Shown here one piece after another: positions 1-14,044 of a DNA stretch of 64,000 bases. Within the stretch, counting starts at the first letter, position 1; every line of letters begins with the position of its first letter. Origin of the DNA: Octopus sinensis (Eukaryota); contig NC_043011.1 in the NCBI RefSeq assembly GCF_006345805.1, positions 15,822,464 to 15,886,463 of the forward strand, read 5' to 3'. Below the pieces are notes generated by a model. That model worked only from the letters and a program-made list of their open reading frames with translations. It was not told the origin of the DNA and searched no databases. Position numbers and translations under genes: made by a program.

Positions 1-98
1 CTTAAAAGAATTCCCGGGGTCGATTCGTTCGACTAAAACTTTTTTCGAGGTGATACTCCAGCATGGCCGCTGTCCAAATGACTGAAGCAAATAAAGAA
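1..98 (+). mobile_element. 3' fragment of tRNA-derived SINE (family A)
   Basis: Matches the 3' end of the copy at 231-672 (CCCGGGGTCGA..GCATGGCCGC..AAATGACTGAA.CAA.TAAAAGA). Confidence 0.8.
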
Positions 99-198
99 AT
101 GTATGTATGCGTGCATGTATTTACTTGTATATATTGACAAGTGCACGCTATGCTCACATACACATTATCTCACGTGCATGCATAATTATATTCGTGCG

Positions 199-230
<32 letters not shown>

Positions 231-390
231 CGCAGGAGTAGCTGTGTGGTAAGTAGCTTGCTTACCAAGCACTTGGCTCCGAGTTCAGTCCCACTGCGTG
301 GCACCTTCGGCAAGTGTCTTCTACTATAGCCTCGGGCCGACCAAAGCCTTGTGAGTGGATTGGTAGACGGAAACTGAAAGAAGCCCGTCG

Positions 391-469
<79 letters not shown>

Positions 470-672
470 TGTGTGTGCGTGTATGTTTGTGTGTCTGTGT
501 TTGTTCCCCCTATCACTGCTTGACAACCGATACTGGTGTGTTTATGTCCCCGTCACTTAGCGGTTCGGCCAAAGGGACCGATAGAATAAGTCCCGGGGTC
601 GAGTTGCTCGATTAAAGGCGGTGCTTCAGCAGGGCCGCAGTCAAATGACTGAAACAAGTAAAAGAGTAAAAG
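231..672 (+). mobile_element. Full-length tRNA-derived SINE family A with internal (TA)n(TG)n tract
   Basis: A-box-like GCTGTGTGGTAAG, B-box-like GAGTTCAGTCCC, body CCTTCGGCAAGTGTCTTCTACTATAGCC, (AAAGAGT)-type tail. Homologous copies at 1-98, 2893-2990, 11180-12072, 20481-20790 and 59750-59885. Confidence 0.85.
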
Positions 673-907
<235 letters not shown>

Positions 908-1659
908 TATATACGTCTCTGTCTCCATCATTTTCCCACTGGAATTCAGTTCTCCTTATTCATAAATAGATACCAAGTTTGGGCTATATATAGTATACTA
1001 TAGAGGAGAAGTAATATAAATGACGCTTACTGGAAATTTCGCTTGAAAATATGTACATCTCTATATGTGAAGAGTAAGTTATACAACAGAAATTCTGTAT
1101 CGAATAACGCAGAATAAAATACGGAAATTTTTTGAAGTGATTTTTAACTTCAAAGATGTGAGTAGATACTTTTGTAGATTTATCTCAATACTTACATTAG
1201 TATGCTGTTTGTTCTTTATAAAATCATAAATATAAATTATGTAGATTTAGTAAATTAAATTTCGATGGGTATATTGAATAAGGAGCTGATATTTCTACCC
1301 AAGCAGACACATACATATGGGTAGTCGCGCATGAAGCTGTTAAGAATTATATACACGCGCTCGCGCACGCATACACACACAAATATATACAAACACACAC
1401 GGAAAAACATTAGATACACATATAAACAAAGACACTGACACAATCATGCATGCACTTATATATTACCTCTCCTTCACACATACAGAACTCAGATACACAC
1501 GTACATGTATAATGCATACATACACAAATACATGCATTCATACGTGCGTTCATATTCTGTAGATGTTGCTGAAATTCCAATGAAGGTGCCGCGGATCTAG
1601 GTCGGAAACCGACCCTTTTTCTATTGAGAAGAAATCTTGAAATGAAACTGAACAATGAC

Positions 1660-2610
1660 ATACATACATGCATACATGCATAAAAACATACATACATACA
1701 TAATGCATACATGCATACATACGTAAACACATACATACATAAATACGGACATACACACATACACATACATACATACACACATACATACATGCAAGCATGC
1801 TTATATACATACATGCATACATACATGCATACTTGCATACGTACAAAGATATATGATTACTTACATACATACATACATACTGAAAGACAGACAGAAAGAC
1901 AGACCGTCATATGTACATGCATGCTTGCATACATACATACATAGATACATACATACATACACACATGCATACATACATAAATACGTACGTACATACATTC
2001 ATACATACATACATACACACATACATACATAGATACGTACATACATTCATGCATACATACATATATACACCCATACATACATAAATACGTACGTACATAC
2101 ATTCATACATACATACACACACATACATACATACATACATACATACATACATACATACATACATACATACATACATACACACATACATACATGCAAGCAT
2201 GCTTATATACATACATGCATACATACATGCATACTTGCATACGTACAAAGATATATGATTACTTACATACATACATACATACTGAAAGACAGACAGAAAG
2301 ACAGACCGTCATATGTACATGCATGCTTGCATACATACATACATAGATACATACATACATACACACACATACATACATACATAATACGTACGTACATACA
2401 TTCATACATACATACATACACACATACATACATAGATACGTACATACATTCATGCATACATACATATATACACCCATACATACATAAATACGTACGTACA
2501 TACATTCATACATACATACACACACATACATACATACATACATACATACATACATACATACATACATACATACATACATACATACATACACACATACATA
2601 CATACATATA
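1660..2610. repeat. Compound (ATAC)n satellite containing a ~402-bp tandem duplication
   Basis: Unique anchors recur 402-403 bp apart: GCAAGCATGC at 1791/2193, TGAAAGACAG at 1881/2283. Confidence 0.9.
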
Positions 2611-2697
2611 CAACCTCCTGAGAATGATTGCTTCTGAGTCAGGACGAGCAAAAGAAATACCACAAACCGCTCTGAATTCCAAGCAATTATAATGTCA

Positions 2698-2760
2698 CTA
2701 GCAATGCTCCCTGGCGTTGCGTGGGTGTTTCGATCTACAAGCACACTGTATTATTTGATC
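2698..2760 (-). mobile_element. Helitron 3' terminus
   Basis: Minus strand reads CACGCAACGCCAGGGAGCATTGCTAG|T, similar to the Helitron 3' end at 43724-43750. Confidence 0.5.
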
Positions 2761-2892
2761 CTTCCTCATGGGCAGAATTGGCACGCGAGGAGTATGAAAG
2801 TAAACAACTCTTCTTTAAAGACATGTTTTTCGGTCATTTTCTGATGTACAACGCTGCAGTTTCTTCAAAATAAATTCAGTCACAAGTTCCTG

Positions 2893-2990
2893 GTTAGCCT
2901 AGGGTTATAGAAGAACACACTTTCCCAAGGTACCATGCAGGGGGACTGAAGTGGAACCATGTGGTTGGGAAGCAGCTTCTCAACCACACG
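2893..2990 (-). mobile_element. SINE family A 5' (tRNA head) fragment
   Basis: Reverse complement GTGTGGTTGAGAAGCTGCTTCCCAACCACATGGTTCC..CCTTGGGAAAGTGT. Confidence 0.7.
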
Positions 2991-4034
2991 GTCATTGTTT
3001 TACCTAATATATATATGTGCGTGTTTACGCACACGCACATGCACGCACACGCAAATGCACGCACACGCAAATACACGCACATCCATTGCCTTTCATATGT
3101 GCGTATGTGTACTGGTGTGTGTGTCATTGTCGAAGTCGTTCATGCAACCTGTTTGTGTATATATTGGCTTAGTGGTACAGTGCTTACAAACTGCGAAGGT
3201 GCAAGTTTCGAGTACTTGTCGGTAAATTTTTTTTCCCTCGTGTTCTAATAGTAATTACCCAACTTTCTAGGCTCTTCTCACAGCTATCCTGCGTTCAAAA
3301 ATTATACGGGTATTTAAAAAAAATTTCATTCAATATATAATGATTTTACATTACGTATACATTAATAGAATAAATTGCTGGTTTTCCAATTAGCGAATGA
3401 AAATTTAAAGGAGAAAGTGAGAGACTTTAAAAAAGAAAATGGAATACTCCGCAGTAAATGCAATGAATATTTAAATTTGCGAGAAATTGGAGTTGAAAAC
3501 ATGCAATAAACTTGAGAATCGAAATTATAGGAATTTTCTTAGAACATATTTTTTATAAAAATATTTCCAGCCCTTTAATAATTGCTTTCTTTTAGTACTT
3601 TTAGTAATTCTTACATACCTAATAAATAACCAACTTTCTCGATAATAGTATATATACTGGTTACTTTGAGTTGTTTCCATTAGTTCAAATTCCGTTTTAC
3701 TTGCGTAAATTTGAACATGGTCGTATATTTTTCTACATTATTCGTTTAAATATAAATCATATGTATGGATGGAAGCAAATGTGCCTATTGAAGTATACAC
3801 AACTGGTGAGATATATTATTTTTTTTTTTTCGTTTAGAACAAAATAATGCAACGTATATTTTCGTGATTGCATGTTTACTCATGAGAGCTCTTAAATCTT
3901 TGAGATTATTTTCCTTTCACATCCGGAGTTCATGCCATTATCTCTGGGTTCCCTTTCCTTACCCTCAAAATGAAGATAATTTTATTTCGTAAACAATCTA
4001 CGTTGTACATATTCATAATACTTCTTCGTTTTGA

Positions 4035-4320
4035 TACATACATACATGCATACATACATACATGCATACATGCATACATACATACATACGTACATACATG
4101 CATACATACATACATGCATACATGCATACATACATACATACATACGTACATACATGCATACATGCATACATACATACATGCATACATACATACATGCATA
4201 CATGCATACATACATACATGCATACATGCATGCATACATACATACATGCATACATACATACATACATACATACATGCATACAAACATACATACATACATA
4301 CATACTTTTATACACACACA
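4035..4320. repeat. (ATAC/ATGC)n microsatellite
   Basis: Direct reading. Confidence 0.95.
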
Positions 4321-7300
4321 TTAAATGTATAATGTCTTAGAATGTATGGACATACCGTACCAGACAGAAACGTATTTATCTGTAGTAGTATGATGTGTTA
4401 CACTAAACGCAGGAAGATAAGTTAATAACTATACGTTTGTTGTTACAAAATATGTGTCTACTTTGTATTTCATAGTTCTTTAAAAATAAATAAAAACTAT
4501 GTTGCCCACAAAGATACTGTGAAGACCTTATCATTAGCGAAGAGTCTTCTTTTAGAAATACCTAACTTTCTGATCGATATTACAAGCTTGGTTACTTCTA
4601 TTTACAGCCTACATGCTTTCGACGTTGTTCATCATATTTATCAATTCTATCAAAGCTATCATTTTCAATCACTACCACTTGGTGAATTGCACTCGTATCA
4701 CAAAAAGAAATAACACATAATCGACCACATCCAATTACTCTGTACTTATGCTTTATTTATTGGGATAGACTAGGATAGTAGCATTTAATTGCCAATAGCA
4801 CAACGTACAAATTGTGCTCATGAAGAAAATTCCGATGAGAAAAGATATTGTATTCAAAAACACTTCTTGATAGAAGCATACATTTTCATATATTTTGGAA
4901 TACCAAACATGAATTTTATATTAGACATTGTGCACATGCTCGATACGTGTGTGTGTCTTTGTGAGTGTGCGTGTGTGTGTTTGTGTGTGCATTTCTTCCG
5001 GTGAGTTCATCAGGTAAAAGAGATAACAAAATTTTGTATCTACCAGCAACATTTAGAATGAAACTAAATGTATATTTGTCTCTAATAAATGCAGTATCAC
5101 TCGCAGGCTCCGTCTGAAATATTCTTGATTAATGATAGCACTTTAAGCTTCGCACAATATCGCTTAAATGAGAGTACGATGCTAGAATTACTCTATATCT
5201 GAATTGAAAATGCTGTTTTCAACTGTAAAATAAATAATTCTACAAAATAATACTATATCAAGAGAAAAAAAAAACATAAAAGAAATATATGACTTAGGAA
5301 TGCATATCACAAATATGTCAGATGTTATAAGATCTTGAGAAAGGGTTACGTAGAATTTCCTCTCGATACATAGATACACACATGCGCGCAAACAGACAGA
5401 CATACACATACGCACAGACACACATACACAAATATGTATGTCTGTACATACAGACGTATGACCATATGCATGTTTTTAGTATCAATGAATAACTGAGGTG
5501 ATGAGAAATATGTACTCAAAACAATAACGAATCACAGACAATCCATTAATTTTTAATTTATATGTTGCGTTCAGACTCTTATATGAGTCTCTGCAAAGAA
5601 ACATTATGTATAATACACGTGCCCGGCACGTTTTCAAAATCAATCCGTTTACAATGTATTAACAAGGATTAACCCAGATTGACTTTGGTCCTCAGTACTG
5701 AGGTTTTCACGTACGTTTCAAGGTGTTTTGTGAAATGCTATGAATTATTTCTTATTAAAATGTTTTACACGCAATTATTATTGCAAATTTTTCATTCATC
5801 ATATATAGGAAGCATTACTTTATATATTTAGCAATGTATGTAGTGCTGTTTTATAAACTCTGAGTAAGCGGATATATGATCATATCCATTCCAACTGTGA
5901 CAACAGAATTTCATATTGTTTCTGTTTTGCCTTGTTAATGTATCCAACGGCTTCACCCAAACGTTTCATTGTTTTTCTTTAGCGTGGAACATTGTGATTT
6001 GCAACAGACTTTATTGCAATTTAAGCAAGAAAAATGTCGCATACATACATTTTAAATGGGTGTATTATATGATTACTGTTTTGTGATGCACATAAATTGC
6101 TATTACGCCTTAAATTTTGTTTCTACATTTTCACACACCATATACTTCCCGCTGTCTACAAGTGCAAATGCTTTATATTGAAGCCTCAGTTAATATGATT
6201 TAAACAAGAGACTTCAGTAAATATTGCTGCCTTAGAGGCAAATAATGATTCTCCCTCTTCCAATATATACATACAAACATATACATATATATGCACTCAT
6301 ATAGTGTCAGTAATAAGTGTGTAAATTTTCGGGTTTTCAAACGTATTTACAAACAAATATGCTACTTATGAAGTGTATCTGTAATGTTACTTATTCGTTT
6401 TCAGTGCTTGTACATGTTTGTTCAATCAGCTAGAAAATGCAACCGTATCTTACACAAGCACCTTCAACTGGATGTGAAGAGTTCTTTGTAGCGTTGGATA
6501 ATATCCTCCTAAAACGGCTTAGCTCTTAGAAAATGTGCTAACTGAATCACCACTTTCCTCGCACTAAACATAGATAAGAAAAAGAAATTTATATGTTAAT
6601 ATGGGCTTTTATTATTATGCATTTCGCATGATCGATTCAGAAATTATTTTAAGAATTAAACAGGATACCATATTATACAACAGCTATTTTACATATGCGA
6701 AAGAGTATAGGCAAAGAAACTTATACTATATTAATTTGAGGTATTGTTTCTTTCGATAATTAAATTAACTTGTTACCGAGACATCTGTATTCATGAGGTA
6801 TCATTATAAAGTAAATCACACAGTATGAGAGAGTGTGAGAGTGACGAAAAGAGTTAAAGAGAGAGGCATTAGCCACATATCAATGTCAACAATATCAACT
6901 CGTCAACAGATATAAATCTCATCTTCAGAAGTGACAGAATTGATTCTACACCAGCACTTACAGAGTAATAGATTTATCTATTTATCACCCTGGAAACTAC
7001 TGAGTTGATGCTAACCTTATCACACACGTAGATCAATAAATACAAAATACTGGAATACGTTACATATACATAAGAAAATATGCAGTCTTACATATCAACA
7101 CATGCACACACAGACGCACTCACATAAACATACACACAAACACACACACACAAATACACACACATATACAAGAAAAAGTACAGAAACAAAATTGCTATCG
7201 AGATATATTGAAGTGTACAGCTAAATATGTGAGAAACATATTTTTGAATCATATAACGTTTACACCACTTTCCCCGTCTCTTCCTGTGTGTAGCTTTGCA

Positions 7301-8199
7301 ACGTTTTCTTCCTCTATATCTTTATAGATACACAAACAAACAAACAAACAAACACACGTACACATATATATTTGTGCGTGTGTTTGTGAGAGTGAGACTG
7401 CGTGTAGGCGTAAATGTGTTAGGATTTAAATATCGCTAGCTTCATTATTTGAACATCTTGCCGCCAGAAAACAATCACTGCATACAAAATAAATATTTAC
7501 ATATGATACATAATGACAGGCATCAAGCATTCTCTTCCCCTTTTAATATTCTACCCCATTATATATGTACTTCTCTCCATCTCATTATTTCTCATGCTCA
7601 ATCTCATTCATCCCCGTTTCCCTCCCTTTCTATATATGTACAAATGCATGCGTGTATATGCGTGTGTATTTGTATTCATGTAGGCACGTGTTTGAGTCTC
7701 ACCATGTGAGCTTGCGCAGCTGGTTTCACAGAAGTAACACGATATTTATTTCCTCTATATTTATCGAATTTGTTCGTTTTCGAGCTTTATTAGGCCTCGT
7801 TGCATTCAGAAGTATAAACGTAAGATATTCTAATTCTTATACCACAGATCTTGCTTATATACCTTGTTCACATTTCTGTCTCGTGATTCTGCTAATACGA
7901 ATTGTTTTTGTTTTTTTTTCACATGCAGTTCATGCTTATATGTTTCAAACATTAACCTACAAGCCTGTTCCATACCTCAATATCTATATCCCACTAAAGT
8001 GTTCCCAACATTAACGTCCAGATATTGTTAATATATGGCAATATAACATTTTGAGATGACGTCTTAGCTAAGAATTCGATATCCTAAATTCTGATCGTAT
8101 AAGAGTTTCCAGTCATCTAATGCAGACCTTGCAATTATACAATTTCCTCCTAATAGTTTCTAAAGCTCTTTATAAAAGAATTTTCCCTCCATGAACATC

Positions 8200-8254
8200 C
8201 ATAATAATAATTATAACAATAATGATGATGATGATGTTGATGATGATGATGATG

Positions 8255-8286
<32 letters not shown>

Positions 8287-8335
8287 GATAATAATAATAA
8301 TAATAATAATAATAATAGTAGTAGTAGTAGTAGTA

Positions 8336-8376
<41 letters not shown>

Positions 8377-8378
8377 CC

Positions 8379-8424
<46 letters not shown>

Positions 8425-8461
8425 ATAATAATAATAATAATAATAATAATATAATAATAAC
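8200..8461. repeat. Compound trinucleotide array (AAT/GAT/TAG/CCA/CTA/TAA)
   Basis: Direct reading. Confidence 0.95.
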
Positions 8462-9794
<1,333 letters not shown>

Positions 9795-9816
9795 GATGAT
9801 GATGATGATGATGATG

Positions 9817-9850
<34 letters not shown>

Positions 9851-9870
9851 TAATAATAATAATAATAATA

Positions 9871-10551
9871 GATGCAGTACCAGGCAGTGGCTCTCATGGC
9901 TTCTGATCTTAACTGATTGGAAGTGTTATCATGTACATTGTTTTGTCTTGGTATAAAAGATGGGCTACAGCAAATATTCTGCTCAATACCACAGAATGCC
10001 CTGATGCAGTACCAGGCAGTGGCTCTCATGGCTTCTGATCTTAACTGATTGGAAGTGTTATCATGTACATTGTTTTGTCTTGGTATAAAAGATGGGCTAC
10101 ATCAGATATTATGCTCAATACCACAGATTTACTTGTCAGTTGTTTGACCTTAACCAGTTGAGCATGTCTCTTAGTGGCTGACGATATGTGCATCTCTGAT
10201 CACGAGCAGAAGTAGTGGGGGAGCATCATAGCCATGTGTTGAGAGGGATTCTTTGGGGTTTGAATAATTCACCTCTGGAAACATGGGTGGTTCTTTCAAC
10301 ATCCTTAAACAACCCTTATTCAGGGACCTTTTGAGCGGGATGGGCTACTCAACCTGAAGAAAATTCTAACTGGGCCCCACCTGCAAGGTCATGTGCTGTT
10401 TATCTTGATATGAGATCACCATGTCGCGCACATATGGTTGTGATGCATGTGCCTGGTGTACCTTTATCAGACGGGTAGTCATGATGGGTATATTGGGCTT
10501 CGTATATTTTACCCCAGTGTCACTTTGATGGCATGAACTGCTCTCTCACTC
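9871..10551 (+). mobile_element. Non-coding (TAA)n-tailed interspersed element with a 132-bp 5' tandem duplication
   Basis: The unit GATGCAGTACCAGGCAGTGG.. starts at 9871 and 10003. The element ends CTGCTCTCTCACTC(AAT)n. A reverse copy of its 3' part lies at 49283-49466. Confidence 0.7.
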
Positions 10552-10577
10552 AATAATAATGATAATAATAATAATAA

Positions 10578-11175
10578 TGGACTGCACAACGCCGAGGAGA
10601 TCAAGGCTGTTGAGTCTAATGTATATAAATATCTGGGGATTTTGGAATATTACAGAATCAAGGAAAATGAAATGAAGGAAATTTTTTGGTGAGAATATCT
10701 CAGAATAACGAAATTAATTATGGGAAATATATGATACATAATGACGGTATGAATGGTAAAAACAAGATCAGAGTAATGAACACATGGGCTGTTTCCTTAA
10801 TGCGGTATGTCGCAGGTGTTGTTAGCTGAACAAAGACCGAACTTGAGGAAATGGACAGGAAAACCGGAAAGGTGATGACAATTAACAAGGAACAACACCC
10901 CAAAAGCGATACTGACAGGCTGTATGTTCCTATGAACAGGGTAGTAAGAGGACTCATAGGATGCAAGATCTGTGTTGTTAGCGAGTTGTGCCTAGGATGG
11001 TACATCAAACAGCAGAGTGAATCATTGCTCGCCGCTGTTAGAATTAACAATGCAATACTTACCGAAAATGTGATGCACCCAAGAACACTTAAGGAACATG
11101 ATGAATGAGAAACAGTAAACCATTGGAAAATGAAATCACTGCATGTACAATACCTCAGAGAAATAGAAAGAAAGA
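10578..11175 (+). mobile_element. Degenerate R4/Dong-clade RT thumb-region fragment
   Basis: Translates with stops and frameshifts to YKYLGILE, NGKNKIRVMNTWAVSLMRY and MDRKTGKVMT..HPKSDTDRLYVP..RGLIG. Confidence 0.8.
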
Positions 11176-11354
11176 CAACGCGTTGTAGTAAGACGCTTGC
11201 TTCCCACCTACATGGTTCCGGGTCGAATCCCACTGCGTGGCAACTTGAACGTGTGTCATCCATAGCCTCGTGCCGACCACATCCTTGTGAGTGGATTTGG
11301 TAGACGGAAACTGAAAGAAGCGTGTTGTATATGTATATATATATAAACATATAT

Positions 11355-11683
11355 TGTGAGGGCGCGTGGCTTAGTGGTTAGGGCATTCGGCTCATGATCG
11401 TAAGGTTGTGAGTTCGATTCCCGGCGACGTGTTGTGTCCTTGAGCAAGACACTTTATTTCACGTTGCTCCAGTCCACTCAGCTGGCAAAATTGAGTTGTA
11501 CTTGTATTTCAAAGGGTCAGCCTTGTCACTCTCTGTGTCACGCTGATTATCCCCGAGAACTACGTTAAGGGTACACGTGTCTGTGGAATGCTCAGCCATT
11601 TGCACGTTAATTTCACGAGCAAGCTGTTCCGTTGATCGTATCAGCTGGGACCCTCGTCGTCGTAACCGGCGGAGTCTTTTTAA
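11355..11683 (+). mobile_element. tRNA-derived SINE family B with 14-bp TSD
   Basis: A box TGGCTTAGTGG, B box GAGTTCGATTCCC. TSD ATATAAACATATAT at 11341-11354 and 11684-11697. Confidence 0.85.
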
Positions 11684-11705
11684 ATATAAACATATATGTA
11701 TGTGT

Positions 11706-11893
11706 AAGGCGGCGAGCTGGCAGAGACGTTAGCACGCCGGGCGAAATACGTAGCCGGATTTCGTCTGCCGCTACGTTGTGAGTTCAAATTCCGCCGAGGT
11801 CGACTTTACCTTTCATCCTTTCGGGATCGATTAAATAAGTACCAGTTACGCACTGGGGTCGATATAATCGACTTAATCCGTTTGTTTGTCCCT
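11706..11893 (+). mobile_element. tRNA-derived SINE family C
   Basis: GGCGGCGAGCTGGCAGA..GAGTTCAAATTCCGCCGAGGTCGACTTT..GGGGTCGAT, repeated at many sites in the window. Confidence 0.85.
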
Positions 11894-12094
11894 CATCAAC
11901 GCTTGACAAGCGGCATTGGTGTGTTTACGCCCCCGTAGCTAGGTGGTTCGGCGTGAAGGATCGATAGAATACGTACTAGGCTTAAAAAGAATAAGTTCTG
12001 GGGCTGATTTGTTCGACTAAACTCATCAAAGCAGTGCTTAAGCATAGCCGCACTCAGATAACTGAAACAAGTCATATGACAAATAAGTAAAAGA

Positions 12095-12249
12095 ATATGT
12101 TTCTTTTCTGTTTATCTTTCTGTCGAAGAGCGTAGGCTCGAAACCTAAAAGACTTGTTCTCTTTCTATTCCTTAGCGCCATACTAATACATTTGTTTGTT
12201 TGTACTCCTCCTGCCTTCGTCTTTTGTTTATTTTCGTAAACCTTCCCGT

Positions 12250-12250
<1 letters not shown>
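12095..12250 (+). mobile_element. Short PLE-terminus-like element with a mutated minimal hammerhead motif
   Basis: TCTTT-CTGTCGA-A-GAGC GTAG GCTC-GAAA-CC-TA-AAAGA at 12115-12152, followed by (TA)n. Confidence 0.5.
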
Positions 12251-12311
<61 letters not shown>

Positions 12312-13258
12312 ATTACAAAGTATTTCAAACATCGCATTATGATCTTTCTACCGTATTATGTATATTCTGCTTTACGAATCCTGTAACTATAATATATTCT
12401 AAACACCACTTTGCAAGCCTTGCTGATGCAATGGTTTAAAATCTTTAAGATCTAGATCCTGCTAATGTAAGATGTTCCAAACATTAGAAATTTCTTTTCA
12501 TGATATGATCTTCCAAACATCAGCCTACGGATTCTTCCAAACATCAATCTATTGCTATAGATTCTGCAAACAGTTAATAACTTATAGATGAAGACGATAA
12601 AATCTGCTGAGAAGTTGCACGAGTTTAATTAGAAATTATACTACGTTTACTACTAATGCTGTGTAGTGTGATAAAATTAAATAATTAGCTTGTATTTTGC
12701 TGCTGCTTTAATCGTTTGTGCAGCAGCCGTTTAAAGCCAAGTTTTACCTGATCATGCAGATAGGCTTAAAAAATCTTAGTTTGTGATTCTCAACTCAAGT
12801 TGTCTGTAGAGATACATAGCGTAATATTTGCTTTTTTTGTTTTTTGTAAAATATTAGGGTATAATTTTGGAGGTTAACTGGTTGCTATTTCAACATTAGA
12901 GGATAATCGCTTGCTATTTAGATTAGGTTCAGCAAACATGCACCACCTTCTTGTTGGCATGCATGAATTTCATTTTCACTTCCTCCTCACAGAATGATCT
13001 ATTCGCCATCTGATAAAGGAAATAATACCTTATCAAAACATAGTAACCTGTCACAAATAGGAGAGTACAATCAACCTAGATTGATACTTTGTTTCTGTCT
13101 TAGTATTTAGTATGATTTTTGTACTTCTGTTATAAAACTCAGAGGAGTTGATATATATATACAATAAAGTGTATATTGTTTCACAAAATGGGGCTATTCT
13201 ACGACGAAGACAAGAACAAATGTCAATCTCTAAGAACAATCTCAGTGCATGTATAAAC

Positions 13259-13595
13259 CTCAATATTAAATATTTTTTACACTGCCAACCATGCAGGCAA
13301 AATTTATATGACTCCTGCGCAGAATCAGACGCAATTTTGTTAACCCACTCCACATATTTAAGAGCCTTCGAATGATACTTCCCACCTCCTAAATATAGCT
13401 GCGTTTCTCCAGATCCCACTCTACAGATCCCTCTTCCATCTTGAAAAAAATAAAATAATAAAACTTTAGACATTGTGTAACTTACGGCAAAATACACTGC
13501 CGGAAAATAGATTAGGATTATACCTTGGATGCCATTGATCAAATTGCTCCTGATCCATATTTGCTCCACCAACAGGTAATAGCATGAAAGTATCT
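13259..13595 (-). other. Candidate pair of spliced coding exons (13595-13524 and 13439-13259), unidentified product
   Basis: An 84-nt GT..AG intron (13523-13440) with a T-rich acceptor lies inside the 182-aa ORF. The joined frame is open (..NLINGIQ|DGRGICRVGSGETQLYLGGGKY..CLHGWQ..). No homology recognised. Confidence 0.3.
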
Positions 13596-13647
13596 TCAAA
13601 ATTACATCAATCTTTTTTACACAAACAAAGACTTAAATATAACCCTT

Positions 13648-14044
13648 TCTACCATAGGCTCAAGGCCTGAAATTTAGTGACAAGGGGCCAGTCGAATAGA
13701 TCAATCCTTGTATGCAACTAGTACTTAATCTATCGACCCCGAAAGTATGAAAGTCAAAGCCGACGTCCACGGCATTTGAACTCAGAACGTAGTGGCAGAC
13801 GAAATACGTATTTCTTTACTACCCACATGGGGCTAAACATAGGAAGGACAAACAAGGACAGACAAACGGATTAAGTCGATTATATCGACCCCAGTGCGCA
13901 ACTGGTACTTATTTAATCGACCCCAAAATGATGAAAGGCAAAGTCGACCTCGGCGCAATTTGAACTCAGAACGTAACGGCAGACGAAATAGGGCTACACA
14001 TTTCGCCCGGTGTGCTAACGCTTCTGCCAGCTCGTCGCCTTAAG
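13648..14044 (-). mobile_element. Two adjacent SINE family C copies (partial 13648-13810; near full 13811-14044)
   Basis: Reverse complement of the 11706-11893 sequence. Confidence 0.85.

Larger units (their letters stand above)
11180..12072 (+). mobile_element. SINE family A split by two nested SINE insertions
   Basis: 5' half at 11180-11335 and 3' half at ~11885-12072 are colinear with 231-672. Confidence 0.75.

Noticed and set aside
3395-3530. Coiled-coil-like peptide ENLKEKVRDFKKENG..KLENRN resembling LINE ORF1
   Set aside because: Too short and interrupted to assign.
4590-4745. Minus-strand peptide VIGCGRLC..HQVVVIENDS resembling a TrkA-N/Rossmann motif
   Set aside because: Only ~50 codons between stops, the third Gly of GxGxxG is missing, and there are no supporting exons. 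Likely chance.
9871-10135. Possible CRISPR-like or array structure (also 15681-15875 and 32481-32554)
   Set aside because: Simple tandem duplications without unique spacers in a eukaryotic context, with no cas genes.
11359-11430. tRNA-like sequences (also at 231, 11706, 22794, 29244)
   Set aside because: They have A/B boxes but no complete cloverleaf or acceptor stem, and each continues into a SINE body.
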